64,000 nucleotides of DNA from Octopus bimaculoides. Its lineage: Eukaryota. The notes under the pieces were generated by a model. The model had not been told where the DNA came from. It saw only the letters and a list, made by a program, of their open reading frames with translations, and ran no database searches. Position numbers and translations under genes: made by a program. Positions 24,962-38,505 of the stretch are shown in pieces; the stretch's first letter is position 1, and each line of letters begins with the position of its first letter. The stretch is from NCBI RefSeq assembly GCF_001194135.2, contig NC_068998.1, forward strand, positions 7,260,562 through 7,324,561, given 5' to 3'.

Positions 24962-25770
24962 NNNNNNNNNNNNNNNNNNNNNNNNNNNNNNNNNNNNNNN
25001 NNNNNNNNNNNNNNNNNNNNNNNNNNNNNNNNNNNNNNNNNNNNNNNNNNNNNNNNNNNNNNNNNNNNNNNNNNNNNNNNNNNNNNNNNNNNNNNNNNNN
25101 NNNNNNNNNNNNNNNNNNNNNNNNNNNNNNNNNNNNNNNNNNNNNNNNNNNNNNNNNNNNNNNNNNNNNNNNNNNNNNNNNNNNNNNNNNNNNNNNNNNN
25201 NNNNNNNNNNNNNNNNNNNNNNNNNNNNNNNNNNNNNNNNNNNNNNNNNNNNNNNNNNNNNNNNNNNNNNNNNNNNNNNNNNNNNNNNNNNNNNNNNNNN
25301 NNNNNNNNNNNNNNNNNNNNNNNNNNNNNNNNNNNNNNNNNNNNNNNNNNNNNNNNNNNNNNNNNNNNNNNNNNNNNNNNNNNNNNNNNNNNNNNNNNNN
25401 NNNNNNNNNNNNNNNNNNNNNNNNNNNNNNNNNNNNNNNNNNNNNNNNNNNNNNNNNNNNNNNNNNNNNNNNNNNNNNNNNNNNNNNNNNNNNNNNNNNN
25501 NNNNNNNNNNNNNNNNNNNNNNNNNNNNNNNNNNNNNNNNNNNNNNNNNNNNNNNNNNNNNNNNNNNNNNNNNNNNNNNNNNNNNNNNNNNNNNNNNNNN
25601 NNNNNNNNNNNNNNNNNNNNNNNNNNNNNNNNNNNNNNNNNNNNNNNNNNNNNNNNNNNNNNNNNNNNNNNNNNNNNNNNNNNNNNNNNNNNNNNNNNNN
25701 NNNNNNNNNNNNNNNNNNNNNNNNNNNNNNNNNNNNNNNNNNNNNNNNNNNNNNNNNNNNNNNNNNNNNN
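24962..25770. other. Assembly gap (N run); other large gaps at 27773-28542, 29195-29707, 39447-39844, 48789-48953, 50105-50235
   Basis: Direct reading; nearly all gaps are flanked by microsatellites. Confidence 0.99.
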
Positions 25771-25771
25771 N

Positions 25772-25873
<102 letters not shown>

Positions 25874-26610
25874 CGCAGCGGCACAAATAAATCAGAAGAT
25901 TTTGCTAAAACGTCTCCAAGTCTAGTTAGTTTGTTTTCGAACTAAATCATTTCTTGATGTCTAATTGTAAAACGCTGTAATTATTTCTTTTTATGGTATT
26001 TTGCTGCTTTGGTGTGTTTTGTCTTCTTTGTTATTTTTATGACATTTTTCTGATATCTGATATTGTTTTATTTATTTATTTATTTACCATGATTTTTTTT
26101 TTTAGTCTGATCGCTTTCTTTTTTTTTCCCTTCTGTCTTTTTCTATCTTGTTCTTTCTTTCGTTTTGTTTTTGATACTGGTTCTTCGATGCAAAGAAATA
26201 ACCTAAGATTTCTTCGTTTTGACTTGTTATAGATGTTTTTTACTGTTTTATTTTTTCCGGCTTTCCAAAAACATACGGGCAATTAAGTTACAACTTATTT
26301 ATTCATTGAATAGGATTAGAATACTGTTATGTAGATTGTACCAACGCTGCTGGACGATTTTATAGCAATTACGCCTGAATGCTAAATTATTTCTCAGCTT
26401 CACTAATATTAACTATGATACTATTCGTTAGTCCTGTCATTTATTTCAGCTATTCAGGGATTTAATCTGCGATTTATTTCAAAATTGCGAAGAGGTATTT
26501 TCTGATTCCTTGCTGTGTTTGAATTTCAAGTTGGAAACTACTTCATTGACATCACTGGGGAAAATAAATAAACGGTTTTGTATTTCTCCTATCAATATAT
26601 TCGAAGATAC

Positions 26611-27012
26611 TCTCTTTACTCTCTTTTAATTGTTTCAGTCATTTGACTGCGGCCATGCTGGAGCACCGCCTTTAGTCGAGCAAATCAGCCCCAGGACTTT
26701 GGAAGCCTAGTACTTATTCTATCGGCCTCTTTTGCCGAACCGCTAAGTTACGGGGACGTAAACGCACCAGCATCGGTTCTCAAGCGATGCTGGGGGGACA
26801 AACACAGACACACAAACACCCACACACATATATATACATATATATACGACAGGCTTCTTTCAGTTTCCGTCTACCAAATCCACTCACAAGGCTTTGGTCG
26901 GCCCGAGGCTATAGTAGAAGACACTTGCCCAAGGTGCCACGCAGTGGGATTGAACCCGGAACCATGTGGTTGGTGGGCAAGCTACTCACCACACAGACAC
27001 TCCTACACCTAC
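26611..27012 (-). mobile_element. Family C SINE, near full length
   Basis: Aligns with 20661-21147 and 59261-59590. Confidence 0.92.
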
Positions 27013-29939
27013 ATATTTATGTTAGGAATTACAGATTTCATTTACTTTTCATACAAGTGAATGTATTGTAAATTCTGTCCTTATACGAAGACAGAAACTC
27101 AAGTGTGTCGAAAATATAATTGACTGAACTTCAGTACACAATCAATATAGATTCTATATTCGACCTCTCTCTTTCATCGGACATGCTTTTTCGCAAGAAT
27201 AATTTATATACATTGCTTCCCTCGAGTAAACAGCTATATCGTTTTCATTCTTTTGTATCTTATCGAAGACTGTACGAGAACCAGACCGGTCGTTATGCGA
27301 GAAGAATCCACAGCAAAAGTATGGATATCAGTTTCTTTGAGATCCATAGCTGATATCAGCAAATAAAAAGTTAGTAGAGGGTAGTTGTAAAACATGTGAT
27401 GCAATGAAGATGGAGAAAATGAAGTTACGTGAGATAAATCTGTCAATTATGAGAGTTTAGTTGTTTCCTTCCTTCCTGAAGGATCGATAAGTGTCAGTTA
27501 CACAATGGAGTTAAAACCATCGATAATAACAATCTACTGTTTCTAAAGGAATACGTGCTCATGTGCAGAATAAGTGGATAAGAAATATGAAAGACTTTTG
27601 GCGCAATGGTTTAGCTTGTGGTTTACATTAATGCCGACTCCATATATTCTGTTAGACAACCAGCTGAAAAAGACACAGAATCGACAAACTATGGTAGAAA
27701 GCTTTTCTTCCGTAGCTTCTGATTATATTATATTTTATTATATATATACATACATATATATATATATATATANNNNNNNNNNNNNNNNNNNNNNNNNNNN
27801 NNNNNNNNNNNNNNNNNNNNNNNNNNNNNNNNNNNNNNNNNNNNNNNNNNNNNNNNNNNNNNNNNNNNNNNNNNNNNNNNNNNNNNNNNNNNNNNNNNNN
27901 NNNNNNNNNNNNNNNNNNNNNNNNNNNNNNNNNNNNNNNNNNNNNNNNNNNNNNNNNNNNNNNNNNNNNNNNNNNNNNNNNNNNNNNNNNNNNNNNNNNN
28001 NNNNNNNNNNNNNNNNNNNNNNNNNNNNNNNNNNNNNNNNNNNNNNNNNNNNNNNNNNNNNNNNNNNNNNNNNNNNNNNNNNNNNNNNNNNNNNNNNNNN
28101 NNNNNNNNNNNNNNNNNNNNNNNNNNNNNNNNNNNNNNNNNNNNNNNNNNNNNNNNNNNNNNNNNNNNNNNNNNNNNNNNNNNNNNNNNNNNNNNNNNNN
28201 NNNNNNNNNNNNNNNNNNNNNNNNNNNNNNNNNNNNNNNNNNNNNNNNNNNNNNNNNNNNNNNNNNNNNNNNNNNNNNNNNNNNNNNNNNNNNNNNNNNN
28301 NNNNNNNNNNNNNNNNNNNNNNNNNNNNNNNNNNNNNNNNNNNNNNNNNNNNNNNNNNNNNNNNNNNNNNNNNNNNNNNNNNNNNNNNNNNNNNNNNNNN
28401 NNNNNNNNNNNNNNNNNNNNNNNNNNNNNNNNNNNNNNNNNNNNNNNNNNNNNNNNNNNNNNNNNNNNNNNNNNNNNNNNNNNNNNNNNNNNNNNNNNNN
28501 NNNNNNNNNNNNNNNNNNNNNNNNNNNNNNNNNNNNNNNNNNATCCCCCACATCCGTTTATATATATATATAAACGGATGTGGGGGATGTGAAGGGATTG
28601 TCTAAATTGTGAAATTTTATATTCAACTTCATATTTAATGGTGATTGACAATTTTTACTTGATAAAATTGCATCAAAAAGAATTTATAGCCTCCAATTCA
28701 TTTCAATAAAATTTTGGAGGTAGTTGTGTTGCTGGCCATGGCGAACGTAGTGTCGGCATATCTGTATGCTTTGTTTTATTTTATTCCATTTTATTTTATT
28801 TTCCTCTAGTCTGTATTTATAATCAACAGACGCACCGAGTCTTAATTGCTAACCGTTTTATTTTTCAGCTCTCCTCAGCATACACTTAGCACTTACTCAA
28901 AGTATATAACACAGATCCTCATACATAAATGCTACGAAAAGTGTGAAGATACTTGCTGGAGGTGATGGTAGCGGTGGTGGTTTAGATTGAAGTGCCGTCA
29001 AAATACGCTAATGAGTAAATGACAAGAAGTAAATAGTTTGATTCATAATTAGGGTACCTACTTTACGTCTTCCTAAGTGGAAAATACGCATTCATATTTG
29101 CATACATACACATATTAACTCACGCGTATGTAGATACATATATATGTGCACGTATGTGTATTTCTGTGTATATAGACGCATATATATATATATANNNNNN
29201 NNNNNNNNNNNNNNNNNNNNNNNNNNNNNNNNNNNNNNNNNNNNNNNNNNNNNNNNNNNNNNNNNNNNNNNNNNNNNNNNNNNNNNNNNNNNNNNNNNNN
29301 NNNNNNNNNNNNNNNNNNNNNNNNNNNNNNNNNNNNNNNNNNNNNNNNNNNNNNNNNNNNNNNNNNNNNNNNNNNNNNNNNNNNNNNNNNNNNNNNNNNN
29401 NNNNNNNNNNNNNNNNNNNNNNNNNNNNNNNNNNNNNNNNNNNNNNNNNNNNNNNNNNNNNNNNNNNNNNNNNNNNNNNNNNNNNNNNNNNNNNNNNNNN
29501 NNNNNNNNNNNNNNNNNNNNNNNNNNNNNNNNNNNNNNNNNNNNNNNNNNNNNNNNNNNNNNNNNNNNNNNNNNNNNNNNNNNNNNNNNNNNNNNNNNNN
29601 NNNNNNNNNNNNNNNNNNNNNNNNNNNNNNNNNNNNNNNNNNNNNNNNNNNNNNNNNNNNNNNNNNNNNNNNNNNNNNNNNNNNNNNNNNNNNNNNNNNN
29701 NNNNNNNTATCTTGGAGGAAAAAGACCCAATGTGTGGTCCTCCACAGCTCCCACGCTTCAAGGTGTAGCCGATACTGAAAGTGAGGAAGATAGTTTGACA
29801 TATAAATAGAGAGAAAATGAGGGGGGGGGGAAGTGAGTGGGGGACAAAGTGATGGGAAGACTGAAAGAGAGAATCAGAGAGGAGGACAAAGAGAGGGAAA
29901 TTCAGAGAGAAAAATGGGGCTGGAGAGAGAGAGGAAGAA

Positions 29940-30065
29940 GAAGTGACTCTAGTATTCGACTGGTACTGTTTTATTGACCCGGAAGTATAAAATGCAATGT
30001 TGACCTCAGTGGGATTTGAATTCCAAAATTGAAACCATTTCCGCATTTGTCCAGAGTCTGCCAAT
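29940..30065 (-). mobile_element. Decayed family B SINE
   Basis: GACTGGTACTGTTTTATTGACCCGG...GGGATTTGAA. Confidence 0.55.
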
Positions 30066-31602
30066 CAACTAACCGGTTGTCCCATTTTTCTAATTTTGTA
30101 AATTATTAATTGCTAAGGTCGTAATCCATTATCAAATATGTACGAAATCTGAAAGCTCTCGTCAGTTGATCAAAATAGGCTGAAGTAGTTTACAGAATGC
30201 TGATTAGACCCAACCAAAGCAAAACATGTGCACAGCAGGTCTCTTGCCTACAAACAACGATCATACTTCCCCTTGACCATGTAAATTTTATGAAAGTAAT
30301 TCTCAATTTCTTGAAATTCTCTCCCTTTCTTTTGGAGTCAGTAATATTGAAATTAACGACAGACGAATATTCGTAGGACTCAGTAATGTGTTCCCTGCTT
30401 TCTCTAAGTGTTTGGTATCTGTGTGCAGTTTTGAGCGGACACAACCCACCTCAAACTCTACCTTGCCTTTTGACCTAGCGGAATATCTAAATAGTAATAG
30501 GTGGAAGGATATAGGGCTGCACCAGCACTTGGCTGGTATACATTTTCATCAGAGAAGACGGTAGCAATGTGAAGTAAAGAGTCTTGCTCAAAGTGACAAT
30601 GTGTCCTTCAGTCCAGGAACCGAACCCAAGAACTTGCAATCGTGATGTCAGCATTTAAAGTAAATTAGGCCATGCACTTTTGCGGCGGTAACAAATGCTG
30701 CTGTGTTTTACTTTTCTTTCTCCGATAAAAGAGGAATTTTAATGAGCAAGACGCATTTTGCATGCATCGTTTAATACATTAACCGTTAATTTATTTATCT
30801 AACTTCAGTCCCATTGACCCACTTGAGTTATTTCCCTTTGAGCATTTTAATTTTAGCTATAAAATAAATTATACGACTTGATACCATAAATGCAACACGA
30901 GAGTGCGTGTGTGCACGCCTCTATTAACACAATTGTTGTAGTTTTTACAACAGAAAATCACAGAAATATTCACTACTCTGTTGCATTACTTCCCATCTCA
31001 TTTAGTTAATAGTCACAAAATGCACAATTTTAATCAAGCCTGCTGAAAGCCGTTCGCCTTTCTTTGAAGAATACACTTCTAAATAATTGTTGTTCCCGAG
31101 TTTAATACATTTAAAATGTAGTACTCTCTATAATTAACTCTTACTCTGATTAATATCAAATAGGAAAAACGAACGGATTTGCAGGAGCTCTTTCACTTTA
31201 AGATTAAACACAGCACTTTGATTTACTTTCTTAAAGTGGCATCGGAAACAATTCAAACGTTTCTTAATCGGTAACTGATAATTGCAAGAATCTGAAAGCG
31301 TTTGTCTTGGAATTCATATTATTAAGAGGAACATCATCTATTAGAGAAGCTAACAAAAGATTGAAAGCGGGGAAAGAAAACGAAAAATATAAACACCTCT
31401 ACGCAAAAAGATAAGATTTTCCATTCGAAAATTATTACTACTCTGAACAATAATAGATGGAAACGTGCAAATGGAAATAATTTATAGTATAAGGGGTATA
31501 AGGGGGCTGAGTTTACTATGCGTTTAAATTTCTGAATACAACTTGAATCATTAAAAGTATAATCTATCTATCTATCTATCTATCTATCTATGTATCTATC
31601 TC

Positions 31603-31646
<44 letters not shown>

Positions 31647-32065
31647 CACCAAGAAAAATTATGGGAGTACCTAATCAATTCTTAACTTAATCTAACTAGT
31701 TAGACACAGCGTTATATAGTAACGATAGGATTTACTCAATGAGAATAGACTTAGCTATCGATATTTCCAGTAAATTAATGTATTCTTTACAAGGCATTGT
31801 TTATTTCTAGGTCAACTCCGCTAAAACCGAACCATGAGTAAGCATTTTATCTATGACTATCCAGCCTTTGTAGACGTTTATAGGAATTTATAGTTTCCAC
31901 TTTTACTTCAGACCAAAACACGTGATTCGGGATGTGATTGACATTTATTAGCAGTTGAAAAGACAGCGTAAGTGGGTTACTTTTGCTGCTATCATTGTTG
32001 ATCTTCAGGATCATCTTCACCCAAATTGAGCGACCCACGAACATCTCGTCTGTTAAAGGTCATAT

Positions 32066-32343
32066 GTTGTTATTTGTTCCTTCTCGAGCCAAGCTTGGCT
32101 CAATAGGGCCGGTTTCCCGGTATCATTGACGTATAGGTTCCTCATCTAGACGGGACGCCGGCCCGTTACTCGACGCAAGAGGAAAGAGTGAGAGGAAGTT
32201 GTGGCGAAAGAGTCAGCAGAAGTTCGCCATTATCTTCTGCTGGAGCCGTGTGGCGCTTAGGTATTTCACTCATAAACGCACACATCGCCCGGTCTGAGAT
32301 TCGAACCAGCGATCCCGCTAACCACCAGGCCATGTGCCTCCAC
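32066..32343 (-). mobile_element. tRNA-derived SINE, family D (family A-like head and core, different tail)
   Basis: Head GTGGAGGCACATGGCCTGGTGGTTAGC and core CTCTTTCGCCACAACTTCCTCTCACTCTTT are shared with family A; the 3' part (CCCGTCTAGATGAGGAACC...GGCTCGAGAAGG) is not. Confidence 0.75.
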
Positions 32344-32561
32344 AAAGGTTATATAGGACTACATTATCTAATGTTTCCGCTGATACGTGTAAGCTTAGCT
32401 ATTTAGATTAAGTATTCGGATTTGGACGGTCAAAGTTGCGATGTCGCTTTGGGGTCGTGCTTACCACGGCTAGAATGTTTATAACAGATACGGCGTCTGA
32501 GTCTCTTAAGCGACGTTACAACTTCGTTGGCTGCGGAATTCGAACACTGTTTCATGTAAAC

Positions 32562-32981
32562 CAGTGTTTTCCAACATATTTTCCTCCAGGCCCCACTATA
32601 ACTTTCCAGAAAAATGTATACCCCACCAGTGGTTGGAAAATAAACAACTTTAATATTTTATCACAATTATTTGAATCTACTGGTAATTCTTTTAAGTACT
32701 GAGTGTTGACATCTCATAATTGCATACTTTCCTTAAAGGAATATCCACACTAAGGCATTCGAATAACACTATACTATAACAAACAGTCTTGATACAGTAT
32801 ACTTGGCTGGAGGGATTGCTTTGGCTAGGCTGAATATAGATGTATTATGTTTGCTGTGATAAAAAAGATTTCCACAATTCCATGTCCTACTAACAAAAAA
32901 AGGAAATTTTGGATCCTAAGCCCTACCACAATTTTCCCAGGCGCCACCGGTAGGGCGTATGCTCCAATTGGGTAATCACTG
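32562..32981. mobile_element. hAT-type MITE (420 bp)
   Basis: Imperfect TIRs CAGTGTTTTCCAAC / CAGTGATTACCCAAT; 8-bp flanking duplication ATGTAAAC (32554-32561) / CTGTAAAC (32982-32989) with central TA. Confidence 0.75.
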
Positions 32982-33844
32982 CTGTAAACTTTAGAGTCAT
33001 GCTAACCACTACACCAAAGCGGCAGAATAAATTTGACCATCAAAATAAAAGAATATTCAACTTAATTTTTCATAATTACACCTGTCAGTGGCTTATCAAT
33101 GGAGATTGAAATGCAGATAAAACCTGCGTGAAGGTTGAAATTGAAATAGATATAACTGGAAGACGAAACCACTTTATATCTGAACATGTCGACATATTGC
33201 ATTTAATGCTCCGAAGCATTAACTAATAAATTTGTATTTTCATCTTCACTACGCATACTTATTTGCGACATGGTATTATTATCAGCCTGTTTGTTCCTTT
33301 GGTCTGGAAGGCAACAACCGGAATCGTCTAATTGTGGATGCAAAATGCAGATATCGCAGTTTTTGATAAAGTAAAATTAAATTATTTTGACACAATTTTA
33401 ATAATCTAAAATTTATTATAGAACTTTACGAAGCTAAATGCAATAATTTTAATTGGATGAATTATACAGCCCATATCAATATCGATTAAATAATATAAAT
33501 GAATAACTGCATAATTGTTATGATTGGAATTTCACAGAGAGCTAGCAAAATTTGCCGTAAGGACCAAACTAGCACCGAAGTTTATCTGTTCTGCGAGAAC
33601 ATTGTGATGTAACTCCTTCAGACTCGATACAAGTTTTAATTACATTAAATATAATTCCAATATGTTATTTAGGCTATTCTACTTTCATATAATAATACAA
33701 CAGATGTGCCGTGGATATCGTTCGTAACTTAGATCGTGCGGTGATATCCGACTGTATATTGTCTAAGACAATATGATAATATGATTATAAATCTATTTAC
33801 GTCATTTCAGATCATTCATATTGATTACACACATCCATAACATC

Positions 33845-34270
33845 GGTTTCAAATTATGGCACAGCGCAAGCAGTGTCGGGGGAAGGGGAGTAGTCGATTT
33901 CATTGACCTCAGTGCTTCGTTGGTACTTATTTAATCGACCCTGAAAAGATGAAAGGCAAAGTCAACTCCGACGGCATTTGATCTCAGAATGTGAAATCGC
34001 AAGAAACGCTGCTATGTAGTTTTCCTGTCGCAGCAGCGATTCTGTCAGCTCACCGCCTTACACACATTTATAATATTGATTTCAAATTTTGGTGCATGTC
34101 CAGCAATTTCGGAGTGGGGGTGAATCGATCGTACCGAACCCTGCACTCATCTGGTACTTATTTTATCGATCTCGAAGTGATGTAAGTCAGAGTCGACCTC
34201 GGCAGAATTTGAACTCAGAACGTGAAGTAGCACGAAGTATCACTAAACCTTTTGTACAGCTCACAGCCTT
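33845..34270 (-). mobile_element. Two head-to-tail decayed family B SINEs (33845-34062, 34075-34270)
   Basis: Both show GGTACTTATTT...GTC(G/A)AC...ATTTGA(A/T)CTCAGAA. Confidence 0.8.
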
Positions 34271-35389
34271 ACGCAAAAGCCATCGTTATCGGCTTTACCT
34301 ATTATACATCCACGGGCGATAAGATAAATGCTAGTTATGCACTGGCGCCATCGACTGTCCTATCTCCTCAAGCGTATTGTATGAGGAATCCGTACTTTTA
34401 CTAGAGTGAATATATATACGAAGAAAGCATAGAATCAAATATATAAACTTAGTGAAACTTCAATGTACATTAAATTTTCGACGTTGCTGTTGTTTAACTT
34501 CATATCAGCCCTGAATAAAAAGTCCTATGATTAAAAGCCACACCGAAATGACAATCTCGTCATATTTGAAAGCGTACACAAGACTGTTGTCTTTCAAATA
34601 TGGCAGCGTGTGATTTGAGGTGATCTGGTGGCTATTTCCTGCAAGTCATTTCGACTTCATGGACGACTTCACATCGGTTCATTTGGATGTAAATGAGCAC
34701 CATGACCAGGTACAGCGTTTACCCTAAGCAGTAACAAGCCTGTATAATTAACGATTAATTTGTTAGCTGTCATCTTTGAGTTTCAATACGTTACTGAACA
34801 ATAGAGTGTAATAAACACACTCAAGATGCAGCATTGTCTCGCAAATTAGGCGCGCAAATTCTGCACCAGTTTCTCTCTTCTAATTCCTTCCTATAACTGA
34901 ATTGACGATAAGTTGTGAGAAAGTTTACTTGATATATTATTTATGATCTAATTTGTTTAGAATTCTTCGAAAAAATGTTAACTTCCTAGGCGTGTTCTAA
35001 GATTGGTCTGCTAGTATATTATTTTTCTATCGTCTAAAGCCTGATTCTTGCATTCAAACAGTCGGAGCGCATTAAGGTTTTTCTTCAATATCGTCTTCAT
35101 GAATAGATGCATGATCCAAATAATGTTGAGTGACAGTTATTTCCCAGTAATACATTCTTTATCTTTTAATTACCAGCATACTAAGCGTTGTAGCGTTAAC
35201 AAAGATAAGGCATTAGGATTCGTTTATATCATATTGCAAGCAATAACATACTTTAATTCCCTCCAAGCCATATTTTCACTGCAGTTAAGCATCGTAAGGT
35301 CAACATAGAATTATTTTGCAAGAATATTAAAAGAAATTGCAGGCGAAGAGTGAAGTATCTCAACGGTTCAGTGTGTCCGTTCTTTAGTT

Positions 35390-35930
35390 AACAGAATTCT
35401 TCTTCTTCGACATCTACATACGTTTCCACAAAGTGTATTATACAGCGTAAAATATATTGTCGCTCAACACTGGCAATTCTATTTTCTCCATTGAATGAAC
35501 AGAAGCTTACGTGATAAATGATTCCGAAATTGTGTACCGTGGTGCACCGATGCACAGTCTCAGTTCTACTGGTTGCAGGTCTCCCAGAATGTTCGTCAAT
35601 ATCGACATTTTTTCTGCCATCTTGGAAACGTCCGAAACACTCGTACACTTGTGTGCGGCTCATGCACTCCTCTCCATACACTTTCTGCAACTATGTGTAG
35701 GCCTCTGAGCAGGTATCACCATGACGACTTTCTCTGCCATCGTCAATGCGATGATTACACGCTACACACCTTCCTCCCAAGCACTGCTGTAAACAGCGGA
35801 AGTGAGCTAGAACGTTAGATCTTAGTGCGCATGCACAGCAAAGTTCAAGGTCAATCAGTGCCAAGCGACTTTACTCTGCGTGCTTTAGCTTCGTTACTGT
35901 GGAACAATCAGTATAATTATTGAACAGACA
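35390..35930 (-). pseudogene. Mariner transposase relic, N-terminal part
   Basis: LQKVYGEECMSRTQVYECFGRFQDGRKNVDIDEHSGRPATSRT is the typical mariner HTH plus linker (F..G...D..RSGRP); internally deleted. Confidence 0.85.
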
Positions 35931-37976
35931 CTTTATTTCACGTTGCCTGAGACCAGTCGACCCAGGTGAAAAAAACATTCAACCAAATGTTGGTGCCGCC
36001 TCCCTCTTTACGCAGCTGCCATATCCCAAATGTTTCAGTGCGCCAAGCTTGAGAGGGGTCCAGAGAATGTATGTATCTGCTGATAACTACGTGAGCACCT
36101 AAAACCATTAGCGAAAGCATGGTACATGCTGTCAAGTCTTATTCACTGCCGGGTCACGACTGTAGTAGAGAAGAAACCCGTAGAGAACCTATTTCTTCCT
36201 CAGCAATTCAGATTTCAGATTAATGCCTCATCAACATTACTGCGTTTATATTTATAAGATACGTTGCAATAATGTATATTATGTATACTTGTTTTCAATG
36301 CATAAAGGATTCCGCTTTACTTATACCTTTTGAGAAAAAGCTTAAATGTCACAACATTGTCTTGTTTGAAAGTATTAAGTATGTTGCTTAAGTGAGACAT
36401 TACTATTATTGTTGCTGAGTGTGCTGTTGTCATTCTTAATGACATTTTTGTAAAGGGCATTTTTATAAAAGCAGTAAATATTGAAGCAATTAATTGTTTT
36501 CACTTCTAAGAATAAGCAGAATTGAATTCGCTTAGAAACTATTCAGCCCGAAGAATGTGAAATAATAATGCCTTTTGAGATTCTATTGTCGAAATCAAAA
36601 CAATTTGCTAATAGATTGTAGCATGTAGGCAACTCTCAGTTAATTTCTGAAGTTCCGAGGACAAACGAGACAAGATCACATCACGTTCGTATCTTGGTGA
36701 ATATGCAGACCTGAAGTAAAATTATTAAAGCCGCGAATCAAAACCAACGAAGCATCTTTACGTAGGCGTTAGGTCTGCTAAAAGTATGTGACCGAATCCA
36801 CACCCGATCATCCCAGAGAAGACTTAAATATATTGGGCTTGACGAAAGTACGGGATGGTCACGTCCGTTGTTCAAAGGGCTCTTAGATCAGAACTGAACT
36901 ACTATTGCTAATCTCGACATGGCTATTAATTCTGCTAGAAATATTAACCAAATCTGCTTCCTTCAAACGGAATCCTATTGGTTTAAAGAAAATGGAAAGA
37001 AATAATGCATGAAATAATGTCTTGTCTCAGGTGTAGTTCGTTTGATAATAGATTTTGCCCAGTAAGTTCCAATGTTTAATCAATATCTAATTAAATGTTT
37101 AAGTTCAAGGGGATCAAAATGTATCGTTTACAATTAATTCAATGCATCACTTAACTACATCACTTTATGTTAAATCTGTTTTACGCCAAGAATTAGGAGT
37201 CAGATTTAAATTTCATATTGGCGTTAGATTTAAATACGATTTTAATGGATTGGCTTAATACAATATGTGAACAATTAATTCTAAATGTTGGTATTTAAGT
37301 TAATAGAAACTAAAATAATTTTCTATATCACACTTTTATATTCTTTTCTGTATTTTTAATATTTTGAATAAGAATTTATATAAGGCAAATAAAATATATT
37401 ATTTGAATTATAGAGTTTAATCACTAAAATAATTTGTTTATTCCTCTCAATTTAATGGAAACTAAAAAAATATTCAAGCTGATAAGAAAATCCTATCAAA
37501 TGAACTTTGAAAATAGTGAGTTATCTTAAAATGATACTTTAATTAGAAATTTAGACAGACGGATGATTCTCACTCTGTTTCGACGATGTGGTTTCAGTTT
37601 TTCGATTAACCGAACTGCCGAGTTAACGTGTAAGTGGCTGGCATTTCTATACTCCCGTGTTCACTTATCACAATTCTCAGACAGAATCGGCGCGAATCAG
37701 TATATGTATGACAAGGCTGCACTTTTGAATTACGAGTAGAACTCGTTTGACGAACTTCTATGCAATTTCACTTACAAAGCATAAGTCAACAAGGGACGAC
37801 AATTTTTGCCAGGCCACGTCTTCTGGATGCTGGTTAGACATATTCTTTTCATATCTGGTCTGGGGTGACCACTTCGGTGTGCTGTCAATAGTTTCTCGTT
37901 TTTATGCTTCAATTTTTAAACTTATATAGCCTCCAGTTGATTATATTGAAGCTGTAATTTGTAAAATGTGCCAGGC

Positions 37977-38050
<74 letters not shown>

Positions 38051-38066
38051 GTTATTGTTATTGTTA

Positions 38067-38104
<38 letters not shown>
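37977..38104. repeat. (ATT)n/(GTT) microsatellite
   Basis: Direct reading. Confidence 0.97.
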
Positions 38105-38106
<2 letters not shown>

Positions 38107-38505
38107 GGCGGTGAGATGGCAGAATTGTTAGCACGCCGGGCGAAATTCTTAGCAGTATTTCGTCTGCCGCTACCTTCAACTTCCACCGAGGTCGACTTTT
38201 GCTTTTAATCCTTTCAGTGTTGATATATTAAGTATTAGTGCAAGAGTTCACCAAAATGGTTGCCCTTGTGGCAAAATTTGAAACTATTATTATTAGCAGG
38301 CCGCGAGCTGACAGAATTTGTAGCACGCTGGTCAAAATGCTTAGAGATGTTTCGCCCATCACTATGTTCTGAGTTCAAATTCTGCCGAGGTTGACTTTGC
38401 CTTTCATCCTTTCGAGGTTAACAAATTAAGTACCAGTGAAACACTGGGGTTGATGTAATCGACCTACCCCTCCTCCCCAAATTGCTGGCCTTGTGCCAAA
38501 ATTAT
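38105..38505 (+). mobile_element. Two head-to-tail family B SINEs (38105-38290 internally deleted; 38298-38505)
   Basis: AAGGCGGTGAGATGGCAGAA head directly after (ATT)n; the second copy has an intact GAGTTCAAATTC. Confidence 0.85.

Noticed and set aside
27329-27358. Overlapping inverted repeats TATGGATATCAG / ATCCATAGCTGATATC
   Set aside because: Only 7-8 bp stems, with no supporting context.
36174-36195. AACCCGTAGA match to miR-100/miR-10 family start
   Set aside because: Only 10 nt match and no precursor hairpin.
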